A stretch of DNA of 64,000 nucleotides from an uncultured bacterium (GTDB lineage: Bacteria; Chloroflexota; UBA5177; JANWHV01): assembly GCA_963827235.1 (NCBI GenBank), contig CAWHAE010000015.1:18741-82740 (forward strand). Direction: 5' to 3'. Shown here one piece after another: positions 37,176 through 47,415 of the stretch. Under the pieces are notes generated by a model that saw only the letters and a program-made list of their open reading frames with translations, searched no databases and was not told the DNA's origin. The position numbers and the translations under genes are program-made. How positions within the stretch are numbered: position 1 is the first letter of the stretch; every line of letters begins with the position of its first letter.

Positions 37176-38855
37176 ATGGAGTACAATCTCATGAAATTCT
37201 TCCATTCCCGGGGAAAGACCCTGGCAACCGCGGTAGCCATCGTGGCCCTGGTTGCCGGCACGGTGGGACCTGTACACGCGCAACGGCCGTCGCAAGCATC
37301 GCACGCGGACGGCGGTGTCCTGATCGACCCTATCGCGGCCCAGACCTTGTGGGCCGGCACGCTGGATCCGTCGCTCATCACTGCGCTCGTCGACAATGAC
37401 GTGGCACAAAAGCTCTACTCCGGCCTGGTGAAGCAGGCGTATAACGACAAGACCCATCTGTTCGACATCGTGCCCGACCTGGCAGCCGGTATGCCCACGG
37501 TCAGCAAAGACGGCCTCACCTATACGTTCAAGATCCGCTCCGACGCGAAGTTCCAGGACGGCACGTCGATCACGGCGCAGGACTTCGTCTCGAGCTGGAC
37601 CCGCGTCGTCGACCCCAAGGCTAACTCGGGCGCCGAATACTACATGAGCCCGATCCAGGGCGCCGACGCCTATGCCGCCGGCAAGACGAAGACCTGGGGC
37701 GTCAAGGCGATCGACGCCAGCACCCTGCAGGTCACCCTGGCGCATCCTGCCGTCTACTTCCTCTATGACCTTACATACCCGACCTTCTTCGTGCTCAAGG
37801 CAGGTATTCCGGTTGGTGCCAAGCTGACCACCGATCCTTCGTTGGTCAATGCTTCCGGTCCCTGGATGCTGAAGGACCACACCTGGGCGTACCGGAGCAA
37901 GATCACACTGGTGCCTAACCCCAATTACTGGGAATACAGCAAGATCACGCTCAAGGAAATTGACGTCGTCTTCACAGGCACCTACATCACGATGCTCGCC
38001 GCCTACCGCAGCGGCGAGTACCCCATCGCCTGGCTCACTTCGGCCAATCTGAAGACCTACCAGAGTGCGCCTGAGTTCCATAACGTGGCCGTGCTCGGCG
38101 ATGTCTGGCTGGCCATGAACTCGCATATCGCCCCCTTCGACAACAAGAACTTCCGCCTGGCCGTGGCCTACGCCATCAATCGCGATGCCATTACCAAGGG
38201 TGTCGATCGCGGCGAGAACGCGACACTGTATAGCTGGTATCCAAACGGCATCCTGGGCTACGACCCGAACGTGCAAAGCCAGCCCGGCGTGCCTCACTAC
38301 GACCCCGCTATGGCCAAGCAATACCTGGCAGCGGCCATGAAGCAGATGTCGTCGGTTCCCACCATCTCTCTGGAGTACCGGAGCGAGAACCCCGACGTCG
38401 CGCGTGAGATGGCCGAAGTGCAGGCCGAGCTCAAGGCCGTCGGCATCACCATTGCCCTGCACCCGGTGCCTCGTGCCACCTGGATCAGCGACGGCAACAG
38501 CGGCAAGACCCAGTTCATCTGGGCTGATTGGTACGACGACTATCCGGATCCGCAGGATTTCTCCGACTACCTGATCCGCACCAATGCGCCTGAGAATTGG
38601 GGTCGCTACTCCAATCCTGTGGTCGATAAGCTCTTCGACCAGGCCAACGTCACCAGCGATTCCGCCACGCGAACGAAGCTGCTCAAGCAGGCGCAGTTGA
38701 TCATCCTGCGCGACGCGGGCGTGGCCATGCTGTACCAGTTCGGCGATCAGACCCTGATCAGCTCCAAGATCCATGGTATGGAGCTGAATCCGAGCTTCGG
38801 CAACGAGCCAGAGCCCGTCGCCAACGACTGGGCGAACGTCACCGTTTCATCGTAG
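37176..38855 (+). CDS. ABC substrate-binding protein, family 5 (Opp/Dpp-type)
   Basis: Signal peptide (AIVALVAGTVGPVHA) and the SBP_bac_5 pattern over 559 aa. Alternative start is Met6 (37191). Confidence 0.85.
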   Translation: MEYNLMKFFHSRGKTLATAVAIVALVAGTVGPVHAQRPSQASHADGGVLIDPIAAQTLWAGTLDPSLITALVDNDVAQKLYSGLVKQAYNDKTHLFDIVPDLAAGMPTVSKDGLTYTFKIRSDAKFQDGTSITAQDFVSSWTRVVDPKANSGAEYYMSPIQGADAYAAGKTKTWGVKAIDASTLQVTLAHPAVYFLYDLTYPTFFVLKAGIPVGAKLTTDPSLVNASGPWMLKDHTWAYRSKITLVPNPNYWEYSKITLKEIDVVFTGTYITMLAAYRSGEYPIAWLTSANLKTYQSAPEFHNVAVLGDVWLAMNSHIAPFDNKNFRLAVAYAINRDAITKGVDRGENATLYSWYPNGILGYDPNVQSQPGVPHYDPAMAKQYLAAAMKQMSSVPTISLEYRSENPDVAREMAEVQAELKAVGITIALHPVPRATWISDGNSGKTQFIWADWYDDYPDPQDFSDYLIRTNAPENWGRYSNPVVDKLFDQANVTSDSATRTKLLKQAQLIILRDAGVAMLYQFGDQTLISSKIHGMELNPSFGNEPEPVANDWANVTVSS

Positions 38856-39070
38856 GCCACTCGCGGCGTGGTCTGGATTGCGACTCGGGGTACCCGCTTG
38901 CGAGTGCCCCGAGTCGCAGCCGTGCTGCGCTCGCCTGATGTCTTGCTGAGCAGGTTCGAAGGAGGAGGGCGCCAGGAAGCCAGCCCATCCACCTGACAAT
39001 CCTCCGAAAGTCCGATATCTTTTCCAGGTCGAGATACAAGGCACCCATCGAGGCTGATACCATAGGGCTC

Positions 39071-40024
39071 ATGCGACTTCTCAACTTTATCGTCAAGCGA
39101 CTCATCGCCACGGCGTTCATACTGCTCGGCGTGGCAGCCGTCACCTTCTTCCTCGTGCGTCTCGCGCCCGGTGATCCGGTTACGCAGGTACTTGGCCAGC
39201 ACGCCGGTGACCAGGCTACCTATCACCGGATCTACCACCAGATGGGCTTTGACCAGCCTCTGTGGATTCAGTTTCGAACCTACGTCTGGAATGCGCTGCA
39301 CGGCAATCTCGGCACGTCCGTGAACCAGCTTAACGTGCCCGTAACCGACATTCTCGGACAAGGCTTGCCCGTCACCCTCGAGCTCGGCGGTCTCGCCACC
39401 CTCATCGCGCTCTTATTCGGCATCCCGCTGGGCGTCTTGGCCGCCGTGCGTCACAACCGGCTCGTAAGCGACAACGTGAACATGGGTATCATGATGACCC
39501 TGTATTCCCTACCGCCCTTCGTGATCATCCCTGTCGTGTGGATCGTGTTCGGCACTCTGCTCAAGGGCACAATCTTCCATCTTCCGGTCACCGGCTGGGA
39601 TGGGATCGGCGATCCCCAGTACTGGCTGGCGCCAGCTTTCGTGTTCGCCGCCGGTCTGGCCGGTTTCTTTGCTCGATCGATGCGCAGCTTCATGCTCGAG
39701 GAATTGACCAAGGACTATATTCGCACAGCGCGCGCCAAGGGCATGCCGGAGCGCACCGTCATCTACATCCACGCGCTCAAGAACACCCTCCTGCCGTTCG
39801 CTTCGGTACTGGGTCCCACGGTGGCGTTTCTCGTGGTTGGCGCCTTCATCATCGAGAATGAGTTCGGCATTCCCGGCATCGCGCAGATTACCGTGCAATC
39901 CACGCTGTCTAACGATTACTCTGTCACGCTGGGTACCACCCTGATCCTGGCCACGGCAGTGGTACTCGCCAATGCCCTGACGGACATCTTCTACACCATC
40001 GTGGATCCGCGGGTGAGTCTCTAG
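39071..40024 (+). CDS. Opp/Dpp-type ABC permease (B-type)
   Basis: MRLLNFIVKRLIATAFILLGV start and TARAKGMPE EAA motif. Confidence 0.9.
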   Translation: MRLLNFIVKRLIATAFILLGVAAVTFFLVRLAPGDPVTQVLGQHAGDQATYHRIYHQMGFDQPLWIQFRTYVWNALHGNLGTSVNQLNVPVTDILGQGLPVTLELGGLATLIALLFGIPLGVLAAVRHNRLVSDNVNMGIMMTLYSLPPFVIIPVVWIVFGTLLKGTIFHLPVTGWDGIGDPQYWLAPAFVFAAGLAGFFARSMRSFMLEELTKDYIRTARAKGMPERTVIYIHALKNTLLPFASVLGPTVAFLVVGAFIIENEFGIPGIAQITVQSTLSNDYSVTLGTTLILATAVVLANALTDIFYTIVDPRVSL

Positions 40025-41014
40025 ATGCCTGCTTCCGAGGAAACGCTTCGCACCGCCGCGCGGGCCGCTCCGGATCTCTCCCCTTCTGCGGACCCGGGAG
40101 GATCACCTGCGCGGCTGGCAGTCGATCCTGGGGAGCTGAAGCCGATTTCGCTCACTCGCCAGGCCGTCTGGCGCTTCATGGATAACCGCCTGGCAGTGGT
40201 CAGTCTGGTCGTCCTGATCGTCCTGATTCTGCTTGCGCTGCTGGCTAACTTCCTACCGTTGATCGATCCGACGGCCGGCGACCCCTTCAACCAGGATTCC
40301 TTTCCCTCGCGCCTGCATCTGCTGGGCACCGACGCCTCGGGACACGACCTGTTCAGCGCGATCATCTTCGGCCTGCGCCCGGCTCTTGCCGTGGGCATCA
40401 TCGGCCAGGTTATCGCGACGATCATCGGCGTGGCGATCGGCGTGGTGGCCGGGTACTTCGGCGGCTGGGTTGACGCCGTGCTGTCGCGGTTTACGGATCT
40501 CGTCTTCGCCCTGCCCACCTTTCTCATGGCCTTCCTCACCGTTGCCGTGCTGGGCTCGAGCTGGGACAACCTGTTTGGTGGCACCGGCCGCATCGTCCTG
40601 ATCACCATCGTGTTTGGCTTCGTGGGCTGGCCGCCGCTGATGCGCTTCGTGCGCGCGCTCGCCCTGTCGATGAAAGAGCAGCAGTTTATCGAGGCCGCGC
40701 ACAGCATCGGCACGCCACCCTTGAAGATCATCGTCCGGCACATTTTGCCCAACACCTGGGGCCTGGTGCTCGTGCAGGCCACCTTTGGTATTGGCAACTT
40801 CATCTACAACGAGACCACCCTCTCCCTGCTGGGCCTGGGCGTGCAGCCCCCCAATCCGGACCTCGGCTCGCTCATCACCATCGGAGCACAGCAAATCAAC
40901 ATCAACTGGATGGAATCGATTATCCCGGCCGCGTTCTTGGCAGTGCTTGTAGTGGGGTTCGCCTTCCTCGGCGACGGCTTGCGCGATGCCGTGGATCCGC
41001 GCGCCAGTGAATGA
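40025..41014 (+). CDS. Opp/Dpp-type ABC permease (C-type)
   Basis: ATG directly follows the previous stop. Motif EAAHSIGTPPLKIIVRHILPN. Confidence 0.9.
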   Translation: MPASEETLRTAARAAPDLSPSADPGGSPARLAVDPGELKPISLTRQAVWRFMDNRLAVVSLVVLIVLILLALLANFLPLIDPTAGDPFNQDSFPSRLHLLGTDASGHDLFSAIIFGLRPALAVGIIGQVIATIIGVAIGVVAGYFGGWVDAVLSRFTDLVFALPTFLMAFLTVAVLGSSWDNLFGGTGRIVLITIVFGFVGWPPLMRFVRALALSMKEQQFIEAAHSIGTPPLKIIVRHILPNTWGLVLVQATFGIGNFIYNETTLSLLGLGVQPPNPDLGSLITIGAQQININWMESIIPAAFLAVLVVGFAFLGDGLRDAVDPRASE

Positions 41015-41015
41015 C

Positions 41016-42083
41016 ATGACGGTTCAGGAAAGCATCGCCATTCCGGCGGAAGCCCGCGTGCGCGGCGACCTGCTGCTGAGCGTGCAGGATCTGCGCACGT
41101 ACTTCTATACGCGAGCCGGCGTCGTGAAGGCAGTCGACGGAGTAAGCTTCGATCTGCGGCGGGGTGAGAGTCTGGGTATTGTCGGCGAGTCCGGGTCGGG
41201 CAAGACGGTCACCGCTCTCTCGATTATGCGCCTGATTCCCGAGCCGCCCGGGCGCATCGCCGGAGGTCGCATCACATTCGACGGCCGTAACATGCTCACA
41301 CTCGGCACGCACGAGCTGCAGCGGATGCGCGGCAGTGTGATGGGTATGATCTTCCAGGATCCCATGACCTCGCTCAATCCTGTGCTCAGCATCGGTTACC
41401 AGCTCAAGGAGACGCTCAAACGGCACCAGAAGATCTCGGGCAGGAAGGCCGATCTGCGCGCCGCGGAGCTGCTGGAGCGGGTTGGCATTCCGGCGCCGAG
41501 CAAGCGGCTGAAGGATTATCCGCACAACTTCTCCGGCGGCATGCGACAGCGCGTGGTGATTGCCATGGCCCTGGCCTGCAATCCAAAGCTGATCATCGCC
41601 GACGAGCCGACTACCGCGCTCGACGTGACGATCCAGGCGCAGATACTCGATCTCTTGCGCGGTCTGCGCGAGGACTTCGATACGTCGATCCTGCTGATCA
41701 CTCATGATCTTGGCGTAGTGGCCCGACTCTGCGACCGTATCGTGGTCATGTACGGGGGCAAGGTGCTGGAGACCGGCACGGCCCTGGAAACCTTCAAGAA
41801 TGCCAACCAGCCCTACACGGAGGGCTTGCTCCACTCCATTCCACGGCTCGACCGGACGCGAGGCGAGCCCTTGACACCTATTCCCGGCAACCCGCCCAAC
41901 ATGCTGGCTCCGCCGCGAGGTTGCCCCTTCGCGCCCCGTTGCCGGTACGTGCTCGAGCGCTGCACACAGGACATGCCGCCGCTCGGCGCCGTGTCCGGCA
42001 GCACTTCGCACTTTTCGGCCTGTTGGGCCAGCAACCCGCCGGGCTCGTCCGCCGGATCGGCGCCGAGCGCGATTCCGGGGTAG
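41016..42083 (+). CDS. Opp/Dpp-type ABC ATPase (OppD-like)
   Basis: Track ORF 40986..42083; Met11 (41016) chosen. [27 protein letters not shown], and a C-terminal oligopeptide-type Cys motif. Confidence 0.9.
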   Translation: MTVQESIAIPAEARVRGDLLLSVQDLRTYFYTRAGVVKAVDGVSFDLRRGESLGIVGESGSGKTVTALSIMRLIPEPPGRIAGGRITFDGRNMLTLGTHELQRMRGSVMGMIFQDPMTSLNPVLSIGYQLKETLKRHQKISGRKADLRAAELLERVGIPAPSKRLKDYPHNFSGGMRQRVVIAMALACNPKLIIADEPTTALDVTIQAQILDLLRGLREDFDTSILLITHDLGVVARLCDRIVVMYGGKVLETGTALETFKNANQPYTEGLLHSIPRLDRTRGEPLTPIPGNPPNMLAPPRGCPFAPRCRYVLERCTQDMPPLGAVSGSTSHFSACWASNPPGSSAGSAPSAIPG

Positions 42084-42311
42084 GTGAGGCGACTGGATGA
42101 CGATGCCCAGACGTGGCGGCTCCGTCGGCCCGCTCAACGGATCGGCTGGTTTCGTTGGAGTAGCGCCTCACGGGATGAACCGCGAGGCTCCGTGTCCGTG
42201 GACTACGAGGGCGCGCGGGACGCGCGCGGTCACAGGAGGGGGGACTCAACCTTATCCACAGCCGGTGATTGGTCGAGCAGTGGGTAGGGTCCAAAGAGGG
42301 AGATAGACGAG

Positions 42312-43364
42312 ATGAGTGTTGCCGTGGAGCAGGTACGGCCGCCGGTGGCGGAAGACGACGTGCTGGTGCAGATCGAGGACCTTCAGGTCCATTTCCCTAT
42401 CCACGGCGGTTTCCTGGGCCGGCGGTCCGGCGCCGTGCAAGCGGTCGACGGTGTCAGCCTGCAGATTCGCCGGGGTGAAACGGTAGGCCTGGTAGGGGAG
42501 TCGGGCTGCGGAAAGTCCACGCTGAGCCGGGCAGTGCTTCAGCTGATCAAGCCGACCGGCGGCAGGGTGCTGCTCGACGGTCGAGAGCTGACCGGCATGT
42601 CCCGCGAGCGGCTGCGACCGATGCGCCGACGCATGCAGATGATCTTCCAGGATCCCTACAGCTCGCTCAACGGGCGCATGACCGTGGCCGAGATCGTGGC
42701 GGAGCCTATGAAGAACTACCACGTCACGAGTCGGTCCGCTCGTACTCGTGCCGTGCGGGATCTGCTCAAGATGGTGGGGCTCAGCGACTACCACATGAAC
42801 CGCTACCCCCATCAATTCAGCGGCGGACAGCGCCAGCGGATCGGCATCGCCCGCGCTCTGGCTCTGCGGCCCGACTTCGTGATCTGCGACGAGCCGGTCA
42901 GCGCTCTGGATGTCTCCATTCAGGCCCAGATACTCAACCTATTGGAACAGCTGCAGCGCGATCTCAACCTCACCTACCTGTTCATCGCCCATAATCTGAG
43001 CGTCGTGCGCCACATCAGCGACCGTATCGCGGTGATGTATCTGGGTGAGCTCGTGGAAATCGGGACCGGAGACGAGCTCTTCGTCCAGCCGCTGCATCCA
43101 TACACGCGTGCCTTGCTCTCCGCCATTCCCGTGCCCGATCCGGAGACGGAGCGGCAGCGGCAGCGAATCGTGCTGCAGGGCGACGTCCCCAGCCCGGCGG
43201 CGCCGCCCGACGGCTGCCGCTTCCACACGCGCTGCCCCATCGCTCGGCCCGAATGCGGTCAACTGCGTCCCTCCCTGCAGGGCCGGCCGCACAAGGTGGC
43301 CTGCTGGGCGATCACCGGACTCGAGGGTATGGCGCCCTGGGCGCCCTGGGCCACGACTTCATAG
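42312..43364 (+). CDS. Opp/Dpp-type ABC ATPase (OppF-like)
   Basis: [27 protein letters not shown], and a C-terminal CRFHTRCP motif. RBS AGAGGGAG. Confidence 0.9.
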   Translation: MSVAVEQVRPPVAEDDVLVQIEDLQVHFPIHGGFLGRRSGAVQAVDGVSLQIRRGETVGLVGESGCGKSTLSRAVLQLIKPTGGRVLLDGRELTGMSRERLRPMRRRMQMIFQDPYSSLNGRMTVAEIVAEPMKNYHVTSRSARTRAVRDLLKMVGLSDYHMNRYPHQFSGGQRQRIGIARALALRPDFVICDEPVSALDVSIQAQILNLLEQLQRDLNLTYLFIAHNLSVVRHISDRIAVMYLGELVEIGTGDELFVQPLHPYTRALLSAIPVPDPETERQRQRIVLQGDVPSPAAPPDGCRFHTRCPIARPECGQLRPSLQGRPHKVACWAITGLEGMAPWAPWATTS

Positions 43365-43592
43365 TGCTGAGATGTGCAGCCGGCGAGCCGTCCCCATGCC
43401 GGCGGCCCGGCCGGTGAAGGCCGAATTCAGTATCTACCCGACCGGCGGAGGCTGCAGCTCGCGGTCGAAGTCCCGGTAGACCAGCGAAATCCCGAGCCAG
43501 GCCGGGTACTCCTCGACGAGCTCGAGCACCTGCTCGATGTCCTCGGCTGAGACTGCCTCGGCGAGAGCAATGACGGATGCCAGGCCGCTCGC

Positions 43593-44741
43593 TCAGCTGT
43601 GCCGGGTCGGGGTGCTCGTGGGCACGGGCTTGCCGCCGTAAAGCGGCGAGGCGACGACGGTACGGTATGCCTTGAGCGCAGAGCTGGACGTGTAGACGCG
43701 CCAATCCCCCTTGGCCTTGGACTCGTACCACATCACGGCGCGGATACGCGGCAACAGGCTCGGCAGCTCGTGCAGGAAGCCCTGGAGAATCCAGTTGGCC
43801 TTGCTGCCGCCCTGCTCCACGGATCCGGTCTCGGCGATCATCAGCGGACGCCGTGTGATGGCAGTCACCTCGGCATAGGAAGCGCCGAACACCTGGTACA
43901 GCGTCTGCCACGTGTGGCCGTACGTGGTGCCCCAGTTGTAGCCGTCGAGCGCTACCCAGTCGACGTAGGCGTCGCCCGGGTAGTCGAGAATGTCCGGCGT
44001 GGAGCCGGGGTAGCTGACGTTCACGCACCATACCCACATCGCGTTGTGCACGCCGAGGCTCGTGAAGATGTCGTGCACGTGGCGCCATGCGGCGACGAAG
44101 TCGGCGGGAGTGTTGCCGTCGGGGTTGCCGGGTGTGGTGTTCCAGCTATACCAGTCGCCGTTCATCTCATGTGCGAACCGCAGGTAAAAGGGATGTCCCC
44201 ACGCCTTTGCATCGCCGGCGAAGCGGCGAATATAGGAATCGAATGCGCCGTGTGTGATGGCGCTGAGCTTGTACTTCGGCTGTGAGAGCCCGAGGCTGTA
44301 GTCGTTCGGCTGCCAGGTCCACATCGGAGTACTGCCGCGCGCGCGGATGCTGTTCATCACCCGCGGATCGAAGTTCGCATAGTGCACCCAGTCGCTGCCG
44401 GTGTTGACGATCGCCGGCATGCGACCCACCAGGTGGGCATACCAATCCATGAGTCCAGGATCGCTGGTGACATAGTCCCCGTGCTCGTGGATGTACGCGC
44501 CGAGGGCGATTGGTCCTGCCGGCGCCGTAGGTTGCGCGGCAGCCTTCGTCTGCACCGGGGAGGTCACCACGATCCCGCTGGAGGACGATGGTCCACCGAA
44601 CCTGGTGATCGCGAAGACCGGCAATGCCACGGCAACGAGAAGCAAACCGATCAGGGAGTTCTCCCACCAGGGTCGCTTGATCCGGGCAGGGATGGCGGCG
44701 CGAGCGTTCACAGCAGTAGTGCGGAGCACACGGGTACACAT
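43593..44741 (-). CDS. Glycoside hydrolase family 26-like (beta-mannanase type), membrane-anchored or exported
   Basis: N-terminal TM. Motifs LRFAHEMNGDWYSW (acid/base region), YVDWVALDGYNWG, and PLMIAETGS (nucleophile region). Confidence 0.8.
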   Translation of the reverse strand: MCTRVLRTTAVNARAAIPARIKRPWWENSLIGLLLVAVALPVFAITRFGGPSSSSGIVVTSPVQTKAAAQPTAPAGPIALGAYIHEHGDYVTSDPGLMDWYAHLVGRMPAIVNTGSDWVHYANFDPRVMNSIRARGSTPMWTWQPNDYSLGLSQPKYKLSAITHGAFDSYIRRFAGDAKAWGHPFYLRFAHEMNGDWYSWNTTPGNPDGNTPADFVAAWRHVHDIFTSLGVHNAMWVWCVNVSYPGSTPDILDYPGDAYVDWVALDGYNWGTTYGHTWQTLYQVFGASYAEVTAITRRPLMIAETGSVEQGGSKANWILQGFLHELPSLLPRIRAVMWYESKAKGDWRVYTSSSALKAYRTVVASPLYGGKPVPTSTPTRHS

Positions 44742-45286
44742 CCAGTCGGTTGAGCGATGAGCGTCCTGTTCCAGTGCTTCTATCCTACCTATACCTTGAG
44801 ACTTTCGCTAGTCCATCCGCCGGCCACTGCACGCTATCGAGGGTTGCTGGAATGGCGTGCGCCCGGGGTCCGGAATTGCCGTCTTGCCGTCGTCCTGCGC
44901 ATCGGCTATCCGTCTTGGCTAGCCCGATTGGTCGTGCAATCGTCCATTCTCTATCGTGACTTGCCTTCATCGATCATCATTGTTCTCCCAGCTTTGCCGG
45001 CCGGAATGTCTGCGATCTCTACAAGGATCACCTGTCCATAGTCCTGAACACACCTGAATGGGCTGGCCCATTGGGTTGACGTGTCCGTACCGTTGGTCAT
45101 AAACATATACATCCGTTCCTGCTATCCATACTGGCCATCCAGAATTGGTGATTGGTTTCTTCCTAAAACTCGTCCACAGTACGCATGTGGCTTTACGGCA
45201 GTATGTTCGACGGGTTGCTTGCCCGCCTGCGTGCGGCGGTCTTGCCAAGCCACACCGGCCAGACAGTTTTGGGAGGCAGATTCGAA

Positions 45287-47227
45287 ATGCTATTCATGAA
45301 GTCTCACGGTGGCGCAAGGCTGGCGCTCAGCGCGGCCCTGGTCGCGGGAAGCATAATCGTCGCGACGCTGCCGCGAGCTCTTGCAGCTCCCGCCAGTTAC
45401 AGCGCGACGGCGGCCATGGCAGGCGCGACCGCGGGACAGCTTGCCGCCAGCTCGCCGCTCAGCTTATCCTCCACGACTGTATCGGCCGGTGGTACGATCA
45501 ACGCGTCATTCACCTTGCAGAACCAGGGCAGTGCGTCGGTCGTGGTCACCGGTGCTGCCTTTGCCACGCGCACGCCCAGCGGCGGCAACGCCGATTTCGG
45601 ATGGACATGGAGCACCACGACCCTGGCACCCGGCCAGACCCTACCCATGCAGGGCAGCCGGACGTTCAGCGCCTCGGACGCCCTGGGCATGTGGACGATC
45701 TTCGCCAGCTATCGCACCAGCGATAACGTGTGGCACGACCTGGCGCCGACCCTCTCGCTCACGGTGAGCGCACCGGCTCCGGCCGCTACGGCGACCAAGC
45801 CTGCGCCCACCGCCACGCAGCCGGCGCCCACGGCTACACTGCCCACCGTGGCTCAGCTCTCCGCCAGCTCGCCGCTCAGCTTGTCGTCGACGACGGTATG
45901 CGCCGGCAGTACGATCAACGCGTCGGTCACCCTGCAGAACCTGGGCAGCGCCTCGGTCGTGGTCACCGGTGCCGCCTTTGCCACGCGCACGCCCAGCGGC
46001 GGCAACGCCGATTTCGGATGGACATGGAGCACCACGACCCTGGCACCCGGCCAGACCCTACCCATGCAGGGCAGCCGGACGTTCAGCGCCTCGGACGCCC
46101 TGGGCGTGTGGACGATCTTCGCCAGCTATCGCACCAGCGATAACGTGTGGCACGACCTGGCACCGACCCTCTCGCTCACGGTGAGCGCACCGGCTCCGGC
46201 CGCTACGGCGACCAAGCCTGCGCCCACCGCCACGCAACCTGCCCCCACGGCGACCAAGCCGGCGCCCACGGCGACCAAGCCGGCGGCGACTGCGACGCAG
46301 CCTGCGCCTACGGCCACCAAGCCGGCGCCCACGGCTACAGCCACGACAGTACCTGCGTCTGGTAGCACCATCGCGCTCGGCGCCACGATTCACGACAACG
46401 GCACCTACGTCGGGCCAAGCACCGGCCTCCTCGAGTGGTATACCAGCACTGTCGGCCGTATGCCCGCCATGGTGAATGCCGGGGGCGCCGCGTCGCTGAC
46501 CGCGGCGTTCGACCCCAGCCTCGGCAACTACCTGCTGAGCAAGGGCACGACGTTCATGTGGACCATGATGCCGTCGACGAGCGACGCATCCGTCACCAGC
46601 GGCACCTACGACAGCTACTTCAACACCTTCGCCAAGGCCGTCAAGTCCTGGGGCCACACGCTCTACCTGCGCTTCGCTCACGAGGCGAACGGGAACTGGT
46701 ATCCGTACGGCACAGAGGGCAACCCCAGTGGCGATACCCCGGCGAACTACGTGGCCATGTGGAAGCACGTGCACGACATCTTCACCAACGACGGCGCCAC
46801 GAATGTCAAGTGGGTGTGGTGCATGAATGTGACCAGCAGCGGTATGCCCTCGTACTCCTCGCTCTACCCCGGAGACAACTACGTGGATTGGGTAGCGCTG
46901 GACGGCTATAACTGGGGCACCGACAATGGCAACGCCTGGCAGTCATTCTCCAGCGTGTTCAGCACCTCGTACCAGCAGATCACGGCGCTGACGAGCAAGC
47001 CGCTGATGATCGCCGAGACCGGATCGGCGGAAGACGGCGGCAGCAAGGCGAGCTGGATCACGCAGGGCCTGCTGACCACCATGCCGCAGTCGTTCCCACG
47101 CATCAAGGCGTTGCTGTGGTTCGACTGGAACACCGGACCCGACTGGCGCGTGAACTCTTCCGCTTCGTCGCTGACGGCCTTCCAGTCCGTGGTTGCCTCG
47201 CCGCTGTACAGCGGGTCCATGTCCTGA
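45287..47227 (+). CDS. GH26-like hydrolase with two duplicated N-terminal beta-sandwich (CARDB-like) modules and PT linkers
   Basis: Track ORF 45185..47227. Met35 (45287) follows GGGAGG. Signal peptide present. Two 139-aa repeat modules precede the GH26 core (LRFAHEANGNWYPY, YVDWVALDGYNWG, PLMIAETGS). Confidence 0.8.
   Translation: MLFMKSHGGARLALSAALVAGSIIVATLPRALAAPASYSATAAMAGATAGQLAASSPLSLSSTTVSAGGTINASFTLQNQGSASVVVTGAAFATRTPSGGNADFGWTWSTTTLAPGQTLPMQGSRTFSASDALGMWTIFASYRTSDNVWHDLAPTLSLTVSAPAPAATATKPAPTATQPAPTATLPTVAQLSASSPLSLSSTTVCAGSTINASVTLQNLGSASVVVTGAAFATRTPSGGNADFGWTWSTTTLAPGQTLPMQGSRTFSASDALGVWTIFASYRTSDNVWHDLAPTLSLTVSAPAPAATATKPAPTATQPAPTATKPAPTATKPAATATQPAPTATKPAPTATATTVPASGSTIALGATIHDNGTYVGPSTGLLEWYTSTVGRMPAMVNAGGAASLTAAFDPSLGNYLLSKGTTFMWTMMPSTSDASVTSGTYDSYFNTFAKAVKSWGHTLYLRFAHEANGNWYPYGTEGNPSGDTPANYVAMWKHVHDIFTNDGATNVKWVWCMNVTSSGMPSYSSLYPGDNYVDWVALDGYNWGTDNGNAWQSFSSVFSTSYQQITALTSKPLMIAETGSAEDGGSKASWITQGLLTTMPQSFPRIKALLWFDWNTGPDWRVNSSASSLTAFQSVVASPLYSGSMS
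45437..46255 (+). repeat. Tandem 417-bp direct duplication inside the GH26 gene
   Basis: Copy 1 is 45437..45853; copy 2 is 45854..~46255. They are nearly identical over ~300 bp in the 3' two-thirds and diverge in the first ~100 bp. Each copy encodes a 139-aa module plus an ATKPAPTATQPAPTAT linker. Confidence 0.85.
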
Positions 47228-47309
47228 CGCGCAGGCGAGTCGCCGAGCCCCTGCCTGCAGGCGTTGCGCGCACCGTTTGCACGGCACCAGGGCCGAGCAC
47301 CGGACTGAA

Positions 47310-47348
47310 CACCAAGGGACCGCCAAAGTTGCCGGTCCCTTGGTGTTT
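47310..47348. terminator. Rho-independent-type terminator between convergent genes
   Basis: CACCAAGGGACCG-ccaaagttgc-CGGTCCCTTGGTG (13-bp perfect stem) followed by TTT. Confidence 0.65.
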
Positions 47349-47415
47349 CCTTCTCGGTCGATCTGCTCGGCATGATCCGCGGTGCCGCACCGCTCTGCCG
47401 TACGCGCCCGGAGCG

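Noticed and set aside
42084-42311. 228-nt spacer between the two Opp ATPase genes, with track ORFs 42084..42287 and 42097..42306.
   Set aside because: Third-position GC is only about 60% and the sequences are Arg/Gly-rich, so they are probably non-coding. The spacer length is odd, but I could not identify a defined element. GTGAGGCG (42084-42091) can pair with CGCCTCAC about 72 nt downstream.
45437-46255. Template/variable-repeat pair of a diversity-generating retroelement.
   Set aside because: Differences between the two copies are not adenine-specific. They cluster at the 5' end, and no reverse transcriptase is nearby. It is a simple tandem duplication.
46184-46361. Short periodic repeats (ACGGCGACCAAGCCGGCGCCC-like units) that could superficially resemble a CRISPR array. 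The same applies to 8025..8231.
   Set aside because: They are in-frame codons for (K/Q)PAPTAT and PT-rich linkers inside CDSs. There are no unique spacers, and the period is 21 bp.
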